DNA from: Eledone cirrhosa
Taxonomy: Eukaryota
NCBI GenBank assembly: GCA_964016885.1
Contig: OZ024764.1
Span: 1,550,001 to 1,614,000, forward strand
Direction: 5' to 3'
DNA: 64,000 bases
The notes beneath the pieces are model-generated. The model had not been told where the DNA came from and ran no database searches. It saw only the letters and a list, made by a program, of their open reading frames with translations. Position numbers and translations under genes: made by a program. This document shows, one piece after another, positions 42,846 through 57,443 of the stretch. How positions within the stretch are numbered: position 1 is the stretch's first letter; each line of letters opens with the position of its first letter.

Positions 42846-45196
42846 CACTCTATATATACTATTGTATTGTCACAGTAAAGGCTTTACCTCACATAATATC
42901 TCACATAACATTTACATTACTCTATATATACTATTGTATTTTCACAGTAAAGGCTTTACCTCACATAATATCTCACATAACATTTACATTACTCTATATA
43001 TACTATTGTATTTTCACAGTAAAGGCTTTACCTCACCTAATATCTCACATAACATTTACATTACTCTATATATACTATTGTATTGTCACAGTAAAGACTT
43101 TACCTCACATAATATCTCACATAACATTTACATTACTCTATATATACTATTGTATTGTCACAGTAAAGGCTTTACCTCACATAATATCTCACATAACATT
43201 TACATTACTCTATATATACTATTGTATTTTCACAGTAAAGGCTTTACCTCACATAATATCTCACATAACATTTACATTACTCTATATATACTATTGTATT
43301 TTCACAGTAAAGGCTTTACCTCACCTAATATCTCACATAACATTTACATTACTCTATATATACTATTGTATTGTCACAGTAAAGACTTTACCTCACATAA
43401 TATCTCACATAACATTTACATTACTCTATATATACTATTGTATTGTCACAGTAAAGGCTTTACCTCACATAATATCTCACATAACATTTACATTACTCTA
43501 TATATACTATTGTATTTTCACAGTAAAGGCTTTACCTCACATAATATCTCACATAACATTTACATTACTCTATATATACTATTGTATTGTCACAGTAAAG
43601 GCTTTACCTCACATAATATCTCACATAACATTTACATTACTCTATATATACTATTGTATTGTCACACTAAAGACTTTACCTCACATAATATCTCACATAA
43701 CATTTACATTACTCTATATATACTATTGTATTGTCACAGTAAAGGCTTTACCTCACATAATATCTCACATAACATTTACATTACTCTATATATACTATTG
43801 TATTGTCACAGTAAAGGCTTTACCTCACATAATACCTCACATAACATTTACATTACTCTATATATACTATTGTATTTTCACAGTAAAGGCTTTACCTCAC
43901 ATAATACCTCACATAACATTTACATTACTCTATATATACTATTGTATTTTCACAGTAAAGGCTTTACCTCACATAATACCTCACATAACATTTACATTAC
44001 TCTATATATACTATTGTATTTTCACAGTAAAGGCTTTACCTCACATAATACCTCACATAACATTTACATTACTCTATATATACTATTGTATTTTCACAGT
44101 AAAGGCTTTACCTCACATAATACCTCACATAACATTTACATTACTCTATATATACTATTGTATTGTCACAGTAAAGGCTTTACCTCACATAATATCTCAC
44201 ATAACATTTACATTACTCTATATATACTATTGTATTTTCATAGTAAAGGCTTTACCTCACATAATATCTCACATAACATTTACATTACTCTATATATACT
44301 ATTGTATTGTCACAGTAAAGTCTTTACCTCACATAATATCTCACATAACATTTACATTACTCTATATATACTATTGTATTTTCACAGTAAAGGCTTTACC
44401 TCACATAATATCTCACATAACATTTACATTACTCTATATATACTATTGTATTTTCACAGTAAAGGCTTTACCTCACATAATATCTCACATATTTACATTA
44501 CTCTATATATACTATTGTATTGTCACAGTAAAGGCTTTACCTCACATAATATCTCACATAACATTTACATTACTCTATATATACTATTGTATTTTCACAG
44601 TAAAGGCTTTACCTCACATAACATTTACATTACTCTATATATACTATTGTATTTTCACAGTAAAGGCTTTACCTCACATAATATCTCACATAACATTTAC
44701 ATTACTCTGTATATACTATTGTATTGTCACAGTAAAGGCTTTACCTCACATAATATCTCACATAACATTTACATTACTCTGTATATACTATTGTATTGTC
44801 ACAGTAAAGGCTTTACCTCACATAATATCTCACATAACATTTACATTACTCTATATATACTATTGTATTGTCACAGTAAAGGCTTTACCTCACATAATAT
44901 CTCACATAACATTTATATTACTCTATATATACTATTGTATTTTCACAGTAAAGGCTTTACCTCACATAATATCTCACATAACATTTACATTACTCTATAT
45001 ATACTACTGTATTTTCACAGTAAAGGCTTTACCTCACATAATATTGAATCTATGAAATTTTTAAAGTATTTATTTTGAGAACAATACCTTAACATCAGTA
45101 TGAGTGACCAGTTACAGCCAGTTTCCACAGAAAGAGGTGAAAGAATTCTGGCCGGTGTTTGCCTGTTTTGGCTGGTTTCAACATTAAAGAGTTAAA
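42846..45196. repeat. 72-bp array (~30 units, opposite orientation) plus degenerate MITE left arm
   Basis: Reverse complement of the 10530 unit. 45045-45196 matches 10390-10530. Confidence 0.93.
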
Positions 45197-45639
45197 CTAC
45201 CCCCCCCCCCCCCCACACACCAAAAATGCTGCCCTTGTGCCTAAATCAGAAAACATTATTATGTAAGTTACAGTCACTGCATGCTGGTGGGAGGGTGGAG
45301 CTGATAGCTTCTGTTTTAGAGAAAAATCTATTGCATTTTTTCTTTCATCACAAGAGATGTATGTGTGTATATATATGTGTGTGTTTGTGTGCATATATCT
45401 ATCTCTATATATATATATACATATGTATATTTGTGTGTGTGTATATATATATATATTTATGCATGTGTGTGTGTGTGCATACATATATCTATATATATAT
45501 ACATATGTATATGTGTGTGTGTGTATATATATATATGTGTGTGCATACATATATCTATATATATATATATATACATATGTATATATGTGTGTGTATACGT
45601 ATATATAGATATGTGTGTGTGGGTGTGCATACATATATC

Positions 45640-45670
<31 letters not shown>

Positions 45671-45881
45671 GTATATGTGTGTGTTTATATATATATATAT
45701 GTGCGTGTTTGTGTGTGGATACATATATCTATCTATCTATATATATATATATATGCATATGTATATATGTGTGTGTAAATATATATATATATATGTGCAT
45801 GTGTGTGTGTGGAAACATATATCTATATATATATATATACATATGTATATGTGTGTATATATATGTATGTGTGTGTGTGTC

Positions 45882-45935
<54 letters not shown>

Positions 45936-45954
45936 TAAACATATATATATGTAG

Positions 45955-46027
<73 letters not shown>

Positions 46028-46189
46028 TACAATGTATATACCAGTGTGGTGTAAACAATGAGTCAATATGCTCACATGCCTGCATGAACAAGGGGATTAC
46101 ATTGAAAAAACTAGAAAATAGAAAATAAACAAATTATAAAGTAATATATATATATATATATATATGTATATGTATATATATATGTATAC

Positions 46190-46232
<43 letters not shown>

Positions 46233-46285
46233 ATATATATATATATGTATATATATTTATATATATATATGTATATATACATATG

Positions 46286-46317
<32 letters not shown>

Positions 46318-46385
46318 ACACACATACTCACCTACATAAGCATATATATTTTTGTGTGTTTGTATATGCATATACATACATATAT

Positions 46386-46471
<86 letters not shown>

Positions 46472-46539
46472 ATATGTGTATGTATAAATATATATACACA
46501 CGTGTGCATATATATATACATATGCATATAAATACATGT

Positions 46540-46585
<46 letters not shown>

Positions 46586-46750
46586 TACATATACATATAT
46601 ATATATATATATATAGTATACATATATATATACATATACATATATATATATATACATCCATATGTATATATATATATATATATATGTAGAGATATATATA
46701 TACTTATACATATATATATATATATGTGTGTGTGTATATGTATATATATG

Positions 46751-46784
<34 letters not shown>

Positions 46785-46789
46785 ATATT

Positions 46790-46830
<41 letters not shown>

Positions 46831-46839
46831 ATATATACA

Positions 46840-46902
<63 letters not shown>

Positions 46903-48954
46903 GTATGTATATATATATACATATGTAAATATATATATATATATATGTTTATATATATATATAATGAAAGAAAACAAGACATTGTTAGTGTGAAGTGTGT
47001 GTATGTTATTAGGTTCATCTCCAGAAATATAGGAGAATGGTGTGGTTAGTAGTGTTATGGTGGTGTAGTGGTGTAGTAGTGGTGGTGGTGGTGGTAGTGG
47101 TGGTGTAGTGGTGGTGGTGGTGGTGTTGTGGTAGTGGTGGTGGTGTAGTGTTGTAGTAGTGGTGGTGGTGTAGTGTTGTAGTAGTGGTGGTGGTGGTGGT
47201 GGTGTAATGTAGTAGTGGTGGTGGTGGTGGTGGTGTAGTGTTGTGGTAGTGGTGGTGGTGTAGTGTAGTGGTGATGTGGTGGTGGTGGTGTAGTGTTGTA
47301 GTAGTGGTGGTGGTGTAGTGTTGTAGTAGTGGTGGTGGTGGTGTAGTGTTGTGGTGGTGGTGGTGGTGGTGTAGTGTTGTAGTGGTGGTGGTGGTGGTGG
47401 TGAAGTGTTGTGGTGGTGTAGTGTTGTAGTAGTAGTGGTGGTGTAGTGTTGTAGTAGTGGTGGTGGTGTAGTGTTGTAGTAGTGGTGGTGGTGTAGTGTT
47501 GTAGTAGTGGTGTTGGTGGTGTAGTGTTTTAGTAGTGGTGGTGGTGGTGTAGTGTTGTAGTGGTGGTGGTGGTGGTGGTGAAGTGTTGTGGTGGTGTAGT
47601 GTTGTAGTAGTAGTGGTGGTGTAGTGTTGTAGTAGTGGTGGTGGTGTAGTGTTGTAGTGGTGGTGTGGTGGTGGTGGTGTAGTGATGTGGTGGTGTAGTG
47701 TTGTAGTAGTGGTGGTGGTGTAGTGTTGTAGTAGTAGTGGTGGTGTAGTGTTGTGGTGGTGGTGGTGGTGGTAGTGTGTTGTAGTGGTGTTGGTGGTGTA
47801 GTGTTGTAATAGTAGTGGTGGTGGTGTAGTGTTGTAATAGTAGTGGTGGTGGTGGTGGTGGTGGTGTAGTGTTGTAGTAGTGGTGGTGGTGGTGTAGTGT
47901 TGTGGTGGTGGTGGTGGTGGTGGTGGTGGTGGTGGTGGTGGTGGTGTAGTGTTGTGGTGGTGGTGGTGGTGGTAGTGTGTTGTAGTGGTGTTGGTGGTGT
48001 AGTGTTGTAATAGTAGTGGTGGTGGTGTAGTGTTGTGGTGGTGGTGTTGGTGGTGTAGTGTTGTAATAGTAGTGGTGGTGGTGGTGGTGGTGGTGGTGTG
48101 GTGGTGGTGGTGTAGTGTTGTGGTGGTGGTGTTGGTGGTGTAGTGTTGTAATAGTAGTGGTGGTGGTGGTGGTAGTGGTGGTGGTGGTGTAGTGTTGTGG
48201 TGGTGGTGGTGGTGGTGGTGTAGTGTTGTGGTGGTGGTGGTGGTGTAGTGTTGTGGTGGTGGTGGTGGTGGTGGTGTAGTGTTGTGGTGGTGGTGGTGGT
48301 GTAGTGTTGTGGTGGTGGTGGTGTAGTGTTGTGGTGGTGGTGGTGTAGTGTTGTGGTGGTGGTGGTGGTGGTGGTGTAGTGTTGTGGTGGTGGTGGTGGT
48401 GTAGTGTTGTGGTGGTGGTGGTGTAGTGTTGTGGTGGTGGTGGTGTAGTGTTGTGGTGGTGGTGGTGGTGGTGGTGGTGGTGGTGTAGTGTTGTGGTGGT
48501 AGTGGTGGTGGTGGTGTAGTGTTGTGGTGGTGGTGGTGGTGGTGGTGTAGTGTTGTGGTGGTGGTGGTGTAGTGTTGTGGTGGTGGTGGTGGTGTAGTGT
48601 TGTGGTGGTGGTGGTGGTGTTGTTACCTTCAGCTGCTGCATTTCATTAACACAGCTGCTGCACGTTTTCGCAGCCTACACCACCACCACCACTACACCAC
48701 CACTACCACTATTACCATCACCAATACTGTTACCACTATCATATATATATATATATACACACATGTATATATATTATATATATATATATATATAAAACAC
48801 ATGTATGTATATATATATATGCATATATATGTGTATATATATCTGTATATATATACATATATGTCTTCATATATATGTTTGTGTATTTATGTATTTATTT
48901 ATATATATATATATTTATATTTATATGTATGTATATATATATATATATATATTT

Positions 48955-48985
<31 letters not shown>

Positions 48986-49068
48986 CATATACATATACAT
49001 ATATATTTACACACACACACACATATATATATATGTGTGTGTGTAAATATATATGTATACACACACAC

Positions 49069-49102
<34 letters not shown>

Positions 49103-49107
49103 ATATC

Positions 49108-49172
<65 letters not shown>

Positions 49173-49180
49173 ATATGTAT

Positions 49181-49213
<33 letters not shown>

Positions 49214-49254
49214 ATATGTAACCCATGTGCAACCACGCTGTTCTCTTTCTTCCC

Positions 49255-49291
<37 letters not shown>

Positions 49292-49527
49292 AATAGAAAG
49301 TGTGTATATTGTATATAAGAGAACATTTAGTTTAGGGCGTGGTAACTGTGGAATGACAGGATTTAGGGTGGGAGAGAGGGAGGGGCAGCCATGACTTGTG
49401 GATCAGGGTGTGGGGTGGTGTGTAGGATTGTATTCTTGCTGCTGCTAGTGCTGTCGGTGCTGATTGAAAATTGATTGTTTTTTCAGCAAAAAAAAACCCC
49501 AAATAATAATAATAACAATTATTTCTT

Positions 49528-51010
49528 TATAAAATAAAGTACCAGTAATGTACTGGGGTAATTGCTGGCCTTGTGCCAAAAGTAGAAACTATTAATACGA
49601 GGTTGATAAAATAAAGTACCAGTAATACACTGGAGTAATTGCTGGCCTTGTGCCAAAAGTAGAAACAATTATTACAGGGTCGATAAAATAAAGTACCAGT
49701 AATACACTGGAGTAATTGCTGGCCTTGTGCCAAAAGTAGAAACAATTATTACAGGGTCGATAAAATAAAGTACCAGTAATACACTGGTGTAATTGCTGGC
49801 CTTGTGCCTAAAGTAGAAACAATTATTACAGGGTCGATAAAATAAAGTACCAGTAATACACTGGTGTAATTGCTGGCCTTGTGCCTAAAGTAGAAACAAT
49901 TATTACAGGGTCGATAAAATAAAGTACCAGTAATACACTGGTGTAATTGCTGGCCTTGTGCCTAAAGTAGAAACAATTATTACAGGGTCGATAAAATAAA
50001 GTACCAGTAATACACTGGTGTAATTGCTGGCCTTGTGCCTAAAGTAGAAACAATTATTATTATAACTTTGCCTTTCATCCTTACAGGGTTGATAAAATAA
50101 AGTACCAGTAATACACTGGGGTAATTGCTGGCCTTGTGCCAAAAGTAGAAACAATTATTTATTATCCAATGAACTGGCAGTAGAATCGGTGGAGCATAAG
50201 ATATCATGCTATGTAGCATGGAGTTACGTCCCTTTACGTTCTGAGTTGATGGGCGTTGGATTGGCAGTATCGGTAGAGAGTCGGATGCCATGCTTTGCAG
50301 CATAGAGTTACGGCCCTTTATGATCTGAGTTCAAATCCCGCCGAGGTTAACTTTGCCTTTGATTCTTACGGGGTCGATAAAATAAAGTACCAGTCACGCA
50401 CTGTGGTCGATTTAATCGACTTTACCCTCCCCCAAAATTGCTGGCCTTGTGCCTATAGTAGAAATCCTTATTTGGCAGTATCGGTAGCGGGTCGAACGTC
50501 ATGCTTTGACTCATAGAGTTTCGGCCCTTGCCATTCTGAGTTCAAATCCCGCCGAGGTTAACTTTGCCTTTTATCCTTACGGGGTCGATAAAATAAAGTA
50601 CCAGTAATGCACTGGGTGATTGCTGGCCGTGTGCCTAAAGTAGAAACAATTATTTATTCAGGTGGATTGGCAGTATAGGTAGAGTGTCAGACGCCATGCT
50701 TTGCAGCATAGAGTTACGGCCCTTTATGATCTGAATTCAAATCCCACCGAGGTTAACTTTGCCTTTCATCCTCACGAGGTCGATAAAATAAAGTACCAGT
50801 CACACACTGGGGTCTATTTAATTGACATTCCCCTTGCCCCAAATTGCTGGCCTTGTGCCTATATTAGAAACCATTATTTATTCATTGATCTGAGTTCAAA
50901 TCCCGCCGAGGTTGACTTTGCCTTTCATCCTTACGGGGTTGATAAAATAAAGTACCAGTAATGTACTGGATAATTGCTGGCCTTGTGCCAAAAGTAGAAA
51001 CAATTATTTA
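49528..51010 (+). repeat. Cluster of SINE family B copies and tandem 3'-tail units
   Basis: Repeated gtcgataaaataaagtaccagtaatacactgg...ggccttgtgcc.aaagtagaaacaattatt, with several heads containing gagttcaaatcccgcc (B box). Confidence 0.85.
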
Positions 51011-51435
51011 TTCATTGCTAATTAGTTCACCTAAGTAATAGAAGCTATCAACTACTTCTTCCAAGGGACCTTCCACGGGATTGTTATCAGTATATTGCTT
51101 TCATCATCATCATCATCCATCATCATTTTACATCTGCTTTTTCTTGCTTGCTAGGATGGGATGGGCCCTCTTCAGTACAGCATCTCTCCACTTGTCATGG
51201 TCCTTCATCATCTCCTCTGTGAGCTTCAGCAATCTGAGGTCTGCTCTCACCACCTCCGCCCATGTTATTTGTGGTCTTCCTCTACTGCGTCTATCTTAAA
51301 ATCCTTACTGTACCAAGAAGTGCCATCCTCTGCAGCACTTGTAACCTTGCATCAATTCTGATTCTATTTCCACAGTCCCCTTCAGCACAGCATCTCTGTC
51401 TGTCTGTCTGTCTGTTTCTCAGTCTGTCTATCTCT

Positions 51436-51469
<34 letters not shown>

Positions 51470-51470
<1 letters not shown>

Positions 51471-53272
51471 ACGTCCGCTTCTCCCTGCTTGCAAGAGTGG
51501 GACGGGTCCTGTTCAGCACAGCATCTCTCCACTTGTCACGGTCCTTCGTCATCTCCACCGTGAGCTTCAGCGATCTGAGGTCAGCTCTCACCACCTCCGC
51601 CCATGTTTTTCGTGCTCTTCCTCAACTGTGTCTTCCTTCTACTGGAATTTTCTTGGCACTTCTTTGCCAAGCGGTCATCCTCCATGTACATCACATGTCC
51701 ATACCATCTCAGTCATCTTTCCCACACACTACAACTTATCCCTCTTATACACAGTTTCTCTCTCAACACATCACATGTCCATACCATCTCAGTCTTCTCT
51801 CCCACACACCACAACTTATGCCTCTTATACACAGTTTCTCTCTCAGCACATCACATGTCCATACCATCTCAGTCTTCTCTCCCACACACCACAACTTATC
51901 CCTCTTATACACAGTTTCTCTCTCAACACATCACATGTCCATACCATCTCAGTCTTCTCTCCCACACACCACAACTTATCCCTCTTATACACAGTTTCTC
52001 TCTCAACACATCACATGTCCATACCATCTCAGTCTTCTCTCCTACACACTACAACTTATCCCTCTTATACACAGTTTCTCTCTCAACACATCACATGTCC
52101 ATACCATCTCAGACTTCTCTCCCACACACCACAACTTATCCCTCTTATACACAGTTTCTCTCTCAACACATCACATGTCCATACCATCTCAGTCTTCTCC
52201 CTCATACACAGTTTCTCTCTCAACACATCACATGTCCATACCATCTCAGTCTTCTCTCCCACACACTACAACTTATCCCTCTTATACCCAGTTTCTCTCT
52301 CAACTCATCACATGTCCGTACCATCTTAGTCTTCTCTCCCACACACTACAACTTATCCCTCTTATACACAGTTTCTCTCTCAACACATCACACGTCCATA
52401 CCATCTCAGTCTTCTCTCCCACACACTACAACTTATCCCTCTTATACCCAGTTTCTCTCTCAACACATCACATGTCCATACCATCTCAGTCTTCTCTCCC
52501 ATACACCACAACTTATCCCTCTTATACCCAGTTTCTCTCTCAACACATCACATGTCCATACCATCTCAGTCTTCTCTCCCACACACTACAACTTATCCCT
52601 CTCAGACACAGTTTCTCTCTCAACACATCACATGTCCATACCATCTCAGTCTTCTCTCCCACACACCACAACTTATCCCTCTTATACACAGTTTCTCTCT
52701 CAACACATCACATGTCCATACCATCTCAGTCTTCTCTCCCACACACTACAACTTATCCCTCTCAGACACAGTTTCTCTCTCAACACATCACATGTCCATA
52801 CCATCTCAGTCTTCTCTCCCACACACCACAACTTATCGCTCTCAGACACAGTTTCTCTCTCAACACATCACATGTCCATACCATCTCAGTCTTCTCTCCC
52901 ACACACCACAACTTATCCCTCTCAGACACAGTTTCTCTCTCAACACATCACATGTCCATACCATCTCAGTCTTCTCTCCCACACACCACAACTTATCCCT
53001 CTCAGACACAGTTTCTCTCTCAACACATCACATGTCCATACCATCTCAGTCTTCTCTCCCACACACCACAACTTATCCCTCTCAGACACAGTTTCTCTCT
53101 CAACACATCACATGTCCATACCATCTCAGTCTTCTCTCCCACACCCTACAGTTTATCCCTTTTATACACAGTTTCTCTCTCAACTCGTCCATGCTGGGTC
53201 GTTCCCACACATTGACATTGCACATCCAACGGAGCATACTTGCTTCATCTCTCTCCAGCCGTCGCATATCCT
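51470..53272 (-). mobile_element. RTE LINE 3' end with internal 80-bp tandem array (~18 units, 51690-53180)
   Basis: Reverse complement translates to RRLERDEASMLRWMCNV...LREKL..RRLRWYGHVM and ends in an (ATG)n tail. Confidence 0.85.
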
Positions 53273-53677
53273 ACATTTTATTTAAACAATTTCTCATCTG
53301 TTTTCCTTTATACTGTTAACTGATAAATATATGCCCCCCCCCCCCCCCCCCCCCACCACCACCACCACTGTTAACCTGATAAATATGTTTTTTGTATCCT
53401 GTTTTCTTTATGGTCTTAACTGATAAATATCTGTTATCCTCTCACTGTTATCAGATAAATATCTGTTTTTTCTATCCTGTTTTCTTTATGATCTTAACTG
53501 ATAAATATCTATTTATTTTTCTGCTGTTAACAAATAAATATCTGTTTTTATAACTCTGTGTTTCTTTATACTGTTAACTGATAAATATCTTTCTTTTGCT
53601 TTTTTTTTAACTGTTTACCTTATGCTGATAACTGGTAAATATTTGTTAATGTTTTTGCCTGTTTTCTATATCCCCAG

Positions 53678-53729
53678 TGGTGCATTAAAGGGAAATGTGT
53701 GAGAGACAGAAATGCACCAGAAGTTGCAG
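53678..53729 (+). CDS. Protease exon ([17 protein letters not shown])
   Basis: ccccag acceptor, gttagt donor, phase 0 to 1. WC..G.CV completes the ADAM cysteine-rich domain after a 19.3-kb intron. Confidence 0.9.
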
Positions 53730-53835
53730 GTTAGTAAAATAATATTGATTTGTTTTCCCGCTTCTTTTAAATCTCTCTGCTCTAGGGCCTGTATAGAGTT
53801 CACGCTCACTGGCTCTTCTTTACATATATACACAC

Positions 53836-53922
<87 letters not shown>

Positions 53923-54023
53923 CACACACACATGTATGTATGTATATAGATATATATACATATATATATATAAATACACACACACACACACACATGTATG
54001 TATGTATGTATATATATATATAC

Positions 54024-54130
<107 letters not shown>

Positions 54131-54192
54131 CATACATATATATATGTGTGTGTGTATATATATATATGTGTATATATATGTATGTGTGTGTG

Positions 54193-54233
<41 letters not shown>

Positions 54234-54234
54234 A

Positions 54235-54382
<148 letters not shown>

Positions 54383-54395
54383 CATACATAAATAT

Positions 54396-54454
<59 letters not shown>

Positions 54455-54562
54455 TGCATACATACACATACACACACATATATATGTGTGTGTACATATA
54501 AACAGTCTAATGAATCAATTGTAAATCAAAGGCTCTAATTGAAATCCTTGTTAATCTTTGTT

Positions 54563-54597
<35 letters not shown>

Positions 54598-54607
54598 ATA
54601 TACATAC

Positions 54608-54678
<71 letters not shown>

Positions 54679-54794
54679 TATATAAACAAATAGTAGAGAT
54701 TATAAATAGTAGACATATATAAACAAATAATAGAGATTTTTTCAGTAGATAATGCTGAAGAGATTCTGTCAGTATAATATCAAAACATTAATTT

Positions 54795-55197
54795 TGGATT
54801 GGCAGTATCGGTAGAGGGTCGGACGCCATGCTTTGACGTATAGAGTTACGGCCCTTGCCATTCTGAGTTCAAATCCCGCCAAGGTTGACTTTGCCTTTCA
54901 TCCTTACGGGGTCGATAAAATAAAGTACCAGTAATGCACTGGGGTAATTGCTGGCCTTGTGCCTAACGTAGAAACAATTAATTTATAAAGTGGATATTTC
55001 CACATGTAATAATTGTTTCTACTTTTGGCACAAGGCCAGCAATTACCCAGTGCATTACTGGTACTTTATTTTATCGACCCCGTAAGGATGAAAGGCAAAG
55101 TCAATCTCGGCGGGATTTGAACTCAGACCGTAAAGGGACGTAACTATGCTGGAAAGCATGGTGTCCGACTCTCTAACGATACTGCCAATCCACCGCC
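54795..55197. mobile_element. Tail-to-tail inverted pair of SINE family B (other copies ~39275-39460, 40848-41040, 58010-58200)
   Basis: ggattggcagtatcggtagag...gagttcaaatcccgcc...gcctttcatccttacggggtcgataaaataaagtacc on both strands. Confidence 0.8.
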
Positions 55198-55661
55198 ATT
55201 TCCACATTTAATAATGGTACCAGTTTCAGCATTATATGCTTTTTCAATGGCAGATATGTAGAATGTAGTTGTGTTGCATATTTATAGGAATAATAAAAAG
55301 GGGAAGAAATATTATTAGTTTTTACAAACATATTTAGAGAGAAGAGTTCATATTTCTGTCCGGGGTTGTCATTTACATCATTTCATTTTACGTCCGCTTT
55401 TTCCCTGCTTGCAAGGGTGGGACGGGAACTGATTCTGGCTTGATTTCTACAGCTGGATGCCCTTCCTAACACCAACCTCATTTACAGTGAGTGCTGGGTG
55501 CTTTTTTGCCGTGGCACCTCCACGACCACTTTGCAGTGGAATGATAGGGACCCCAGTCCCTATCATCTCATTTCTACAGCTGAGTAAACTGGAGCAATGT
55601 GAAATAAAGTGTCTTGCTCAAGGAAACAACACATCACCCGGTCTGAGAATTGAACTCACAA

Positions 55662-55699
<38 letters not shown>

Positions 55700-55713
55700 C
55701 ACATACACATACA

Positions 55714-55876
55714 CCGTATTTTCCGGTGTCGAAGAGACTACTTTTTTTCCTAAAATAAATCTCAAAAATGTACCATGCGTCCTGGAGGCCGAAGTTTATT
55801 ATTTTTTTTCAAATTTCTGGTTGTCAAAATTAGGGTCCATCCTCGAGGATGAAGCGTCTTCGTTGCCGGGAAATAC

Positions 55877-55878
<2 letters not shown>
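55714..55878. mobile_element. Short MITE (Tc1/pogo-like ends)
   Basis: Imperfect TIRs ccgtattttccggtgtcgaaga / tcttcgttgccgggaaatactg within TA-rich sequence. Confidence 0.55.
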
Positions 55879-55964
<86 letters not shown>

Positions 55965-56081
55965 TAGATATATATATAGATATAGATATATATATATAGA
56001 TATATATCATCATCATATATATATATATAGTTATGTAATAAACAACATAAGGCAATTTGCTTTCAATCATCAGAACCTAGG

Positions 56082-56137
56082 TTCTGATGATTGAAAGCAA
56101 AATGTTTTTGCTTTTAAGAAACCACTGGTAAATGAAA
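56082..56137 (+). ncRNA. Hammerhead motif, 5' arm of stem I truncated by an inversion
   Basis: tt-CTGATGA-ttgaaagcaaaa(tgt)ttttgcttttaa-GAAA-ccactgg-TA-aatgaaa. Confidence 0.65.
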
Positions 56138-56625
56138 TAATTGCCTTATGTTGTTTATTACATAATAATAATTAAGCTCTCTTACCTACATAGAGCACTC
56201 TTTTTTCCTGGACTTTCCGACGGAATTACTTCATTCATACATATATATATACACACACAGTATTGTGTGTGTATTTGAGGATTTGATGAGGGGTAAACAC
56301 TGTATTTGAGGTCGAGTGACACAACTTCGAGTGATTAGTGGCCTCTAGACTCACCTGATCAATGAAACAATTGTTAATTCTTGAAATAAAGACCCTTGTT
56401 GTACAGCCGACCATGTTATTCTTCATTCTTTCACTATATATATATATCATCATCATCATCATCCTCGTTTAACGTCCATCTTCTATGCTAGCATGGGTTA
56501 GATGAGAGTTGTCCCACTTGAGGCAAGGTTGGTTCAGTGACCGTGTCTCGCTCATATAGGACTGTCTGGCAGGTTTTCTACAGCTGGATGCCCTTCCTAA
56601 CACCAACCTCATTTACAGTGTGGCA

Positions 56626-56665
<40 letters not shown>

Positions 56666-57213
56666 GTGTGTGTGTATATATATGTGTGTGTGTTTCATCA
56701 TCATCATCATCATCGTTTAACATCCATATTCCACGCTTGCATGGGTTTGGACGGGAGTTTTCCCACTTGAGGCAAGAGTGGTTGTCTTGCTCGCATAGGA
56801 CTGTCTGGCGGGTATTCTACAGCTGGATGCCCTTCCTAACACCAACCACGTTTACAGTGTGGACTGGGAGGTTTTTACCGTGTTGCCTACACGGCCACAT
56901 TACAGCGTGGACTGTGTTTTTTTTTGTTGTGACACCTACACGACCTCATTTGTTTCGGGATGGATGTTGTGGTACCAACATAACTTTACATTGAAAGGGG
57001 TGGTGTGTGTATATATATATATGTATATCTCGGGTTCAGTCGGGGGTAACCACAGTAAGGTACTGATAATTTCCTTGCAATGAAACAGATCTAGGCCTGT
57101 AGAAGCCAATTCTGCATTAAATATATATATATATATATCCGGGAGCTTCCAACAGAAATGGTCGCATTCTTTAAGGGTATGTCAATATTTATTTATAAAA
57201 CTGATCTATATTA

Positions 57214-57281
57214 TATTTTATCTGATGAAAACGCACCATAATTTGACTTGGTGGTGTCCTTGAAATATATATAATGAAATA
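57214..57281 (+). ncRNA. Type I hammerhead motif (mutated copy with CTAATGA at ~2250-2310)
   Basis: tattttat-CTGATGA-...gcacca...tggtg...-GAAA-tatata-TA-atgaaata. Confidence 0.65.
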
Positions 57282-57373
57282 AATATGGTTTTATAAATAT
57301 AGTTTCCATTTGTTAATATATCGTATATATATATATAAAGAAGAAATTAAAAGATGGTTAAAAAAGTTCCATA

Positions 57374-57443
57374 TATTTTATTATGCGCATTTCAAAAACA
57401 ACATCATCCTGGGACAAAAATTGTGTTCTCATCAGATAAAATG
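57374..57443 (-). ncRNA. Type I hammerhead motif, same family as 37106 and 37594
   Basis: Near-identical to 37106-37175, stem III atgcgcat. Confidence 0.65.

Noticed and set aside
42698-45078. 785-aa and 752-aa repetitive ORFs, and those at 10510-13316
   Set aside because: Stop-free frames of the 72-bp satellite, starting inside a SINE.
51262-53319. Long + strand ORFs in all three frames
   Set aside because: Antisense reading of the 80-bp array derived from an RTE LINE.
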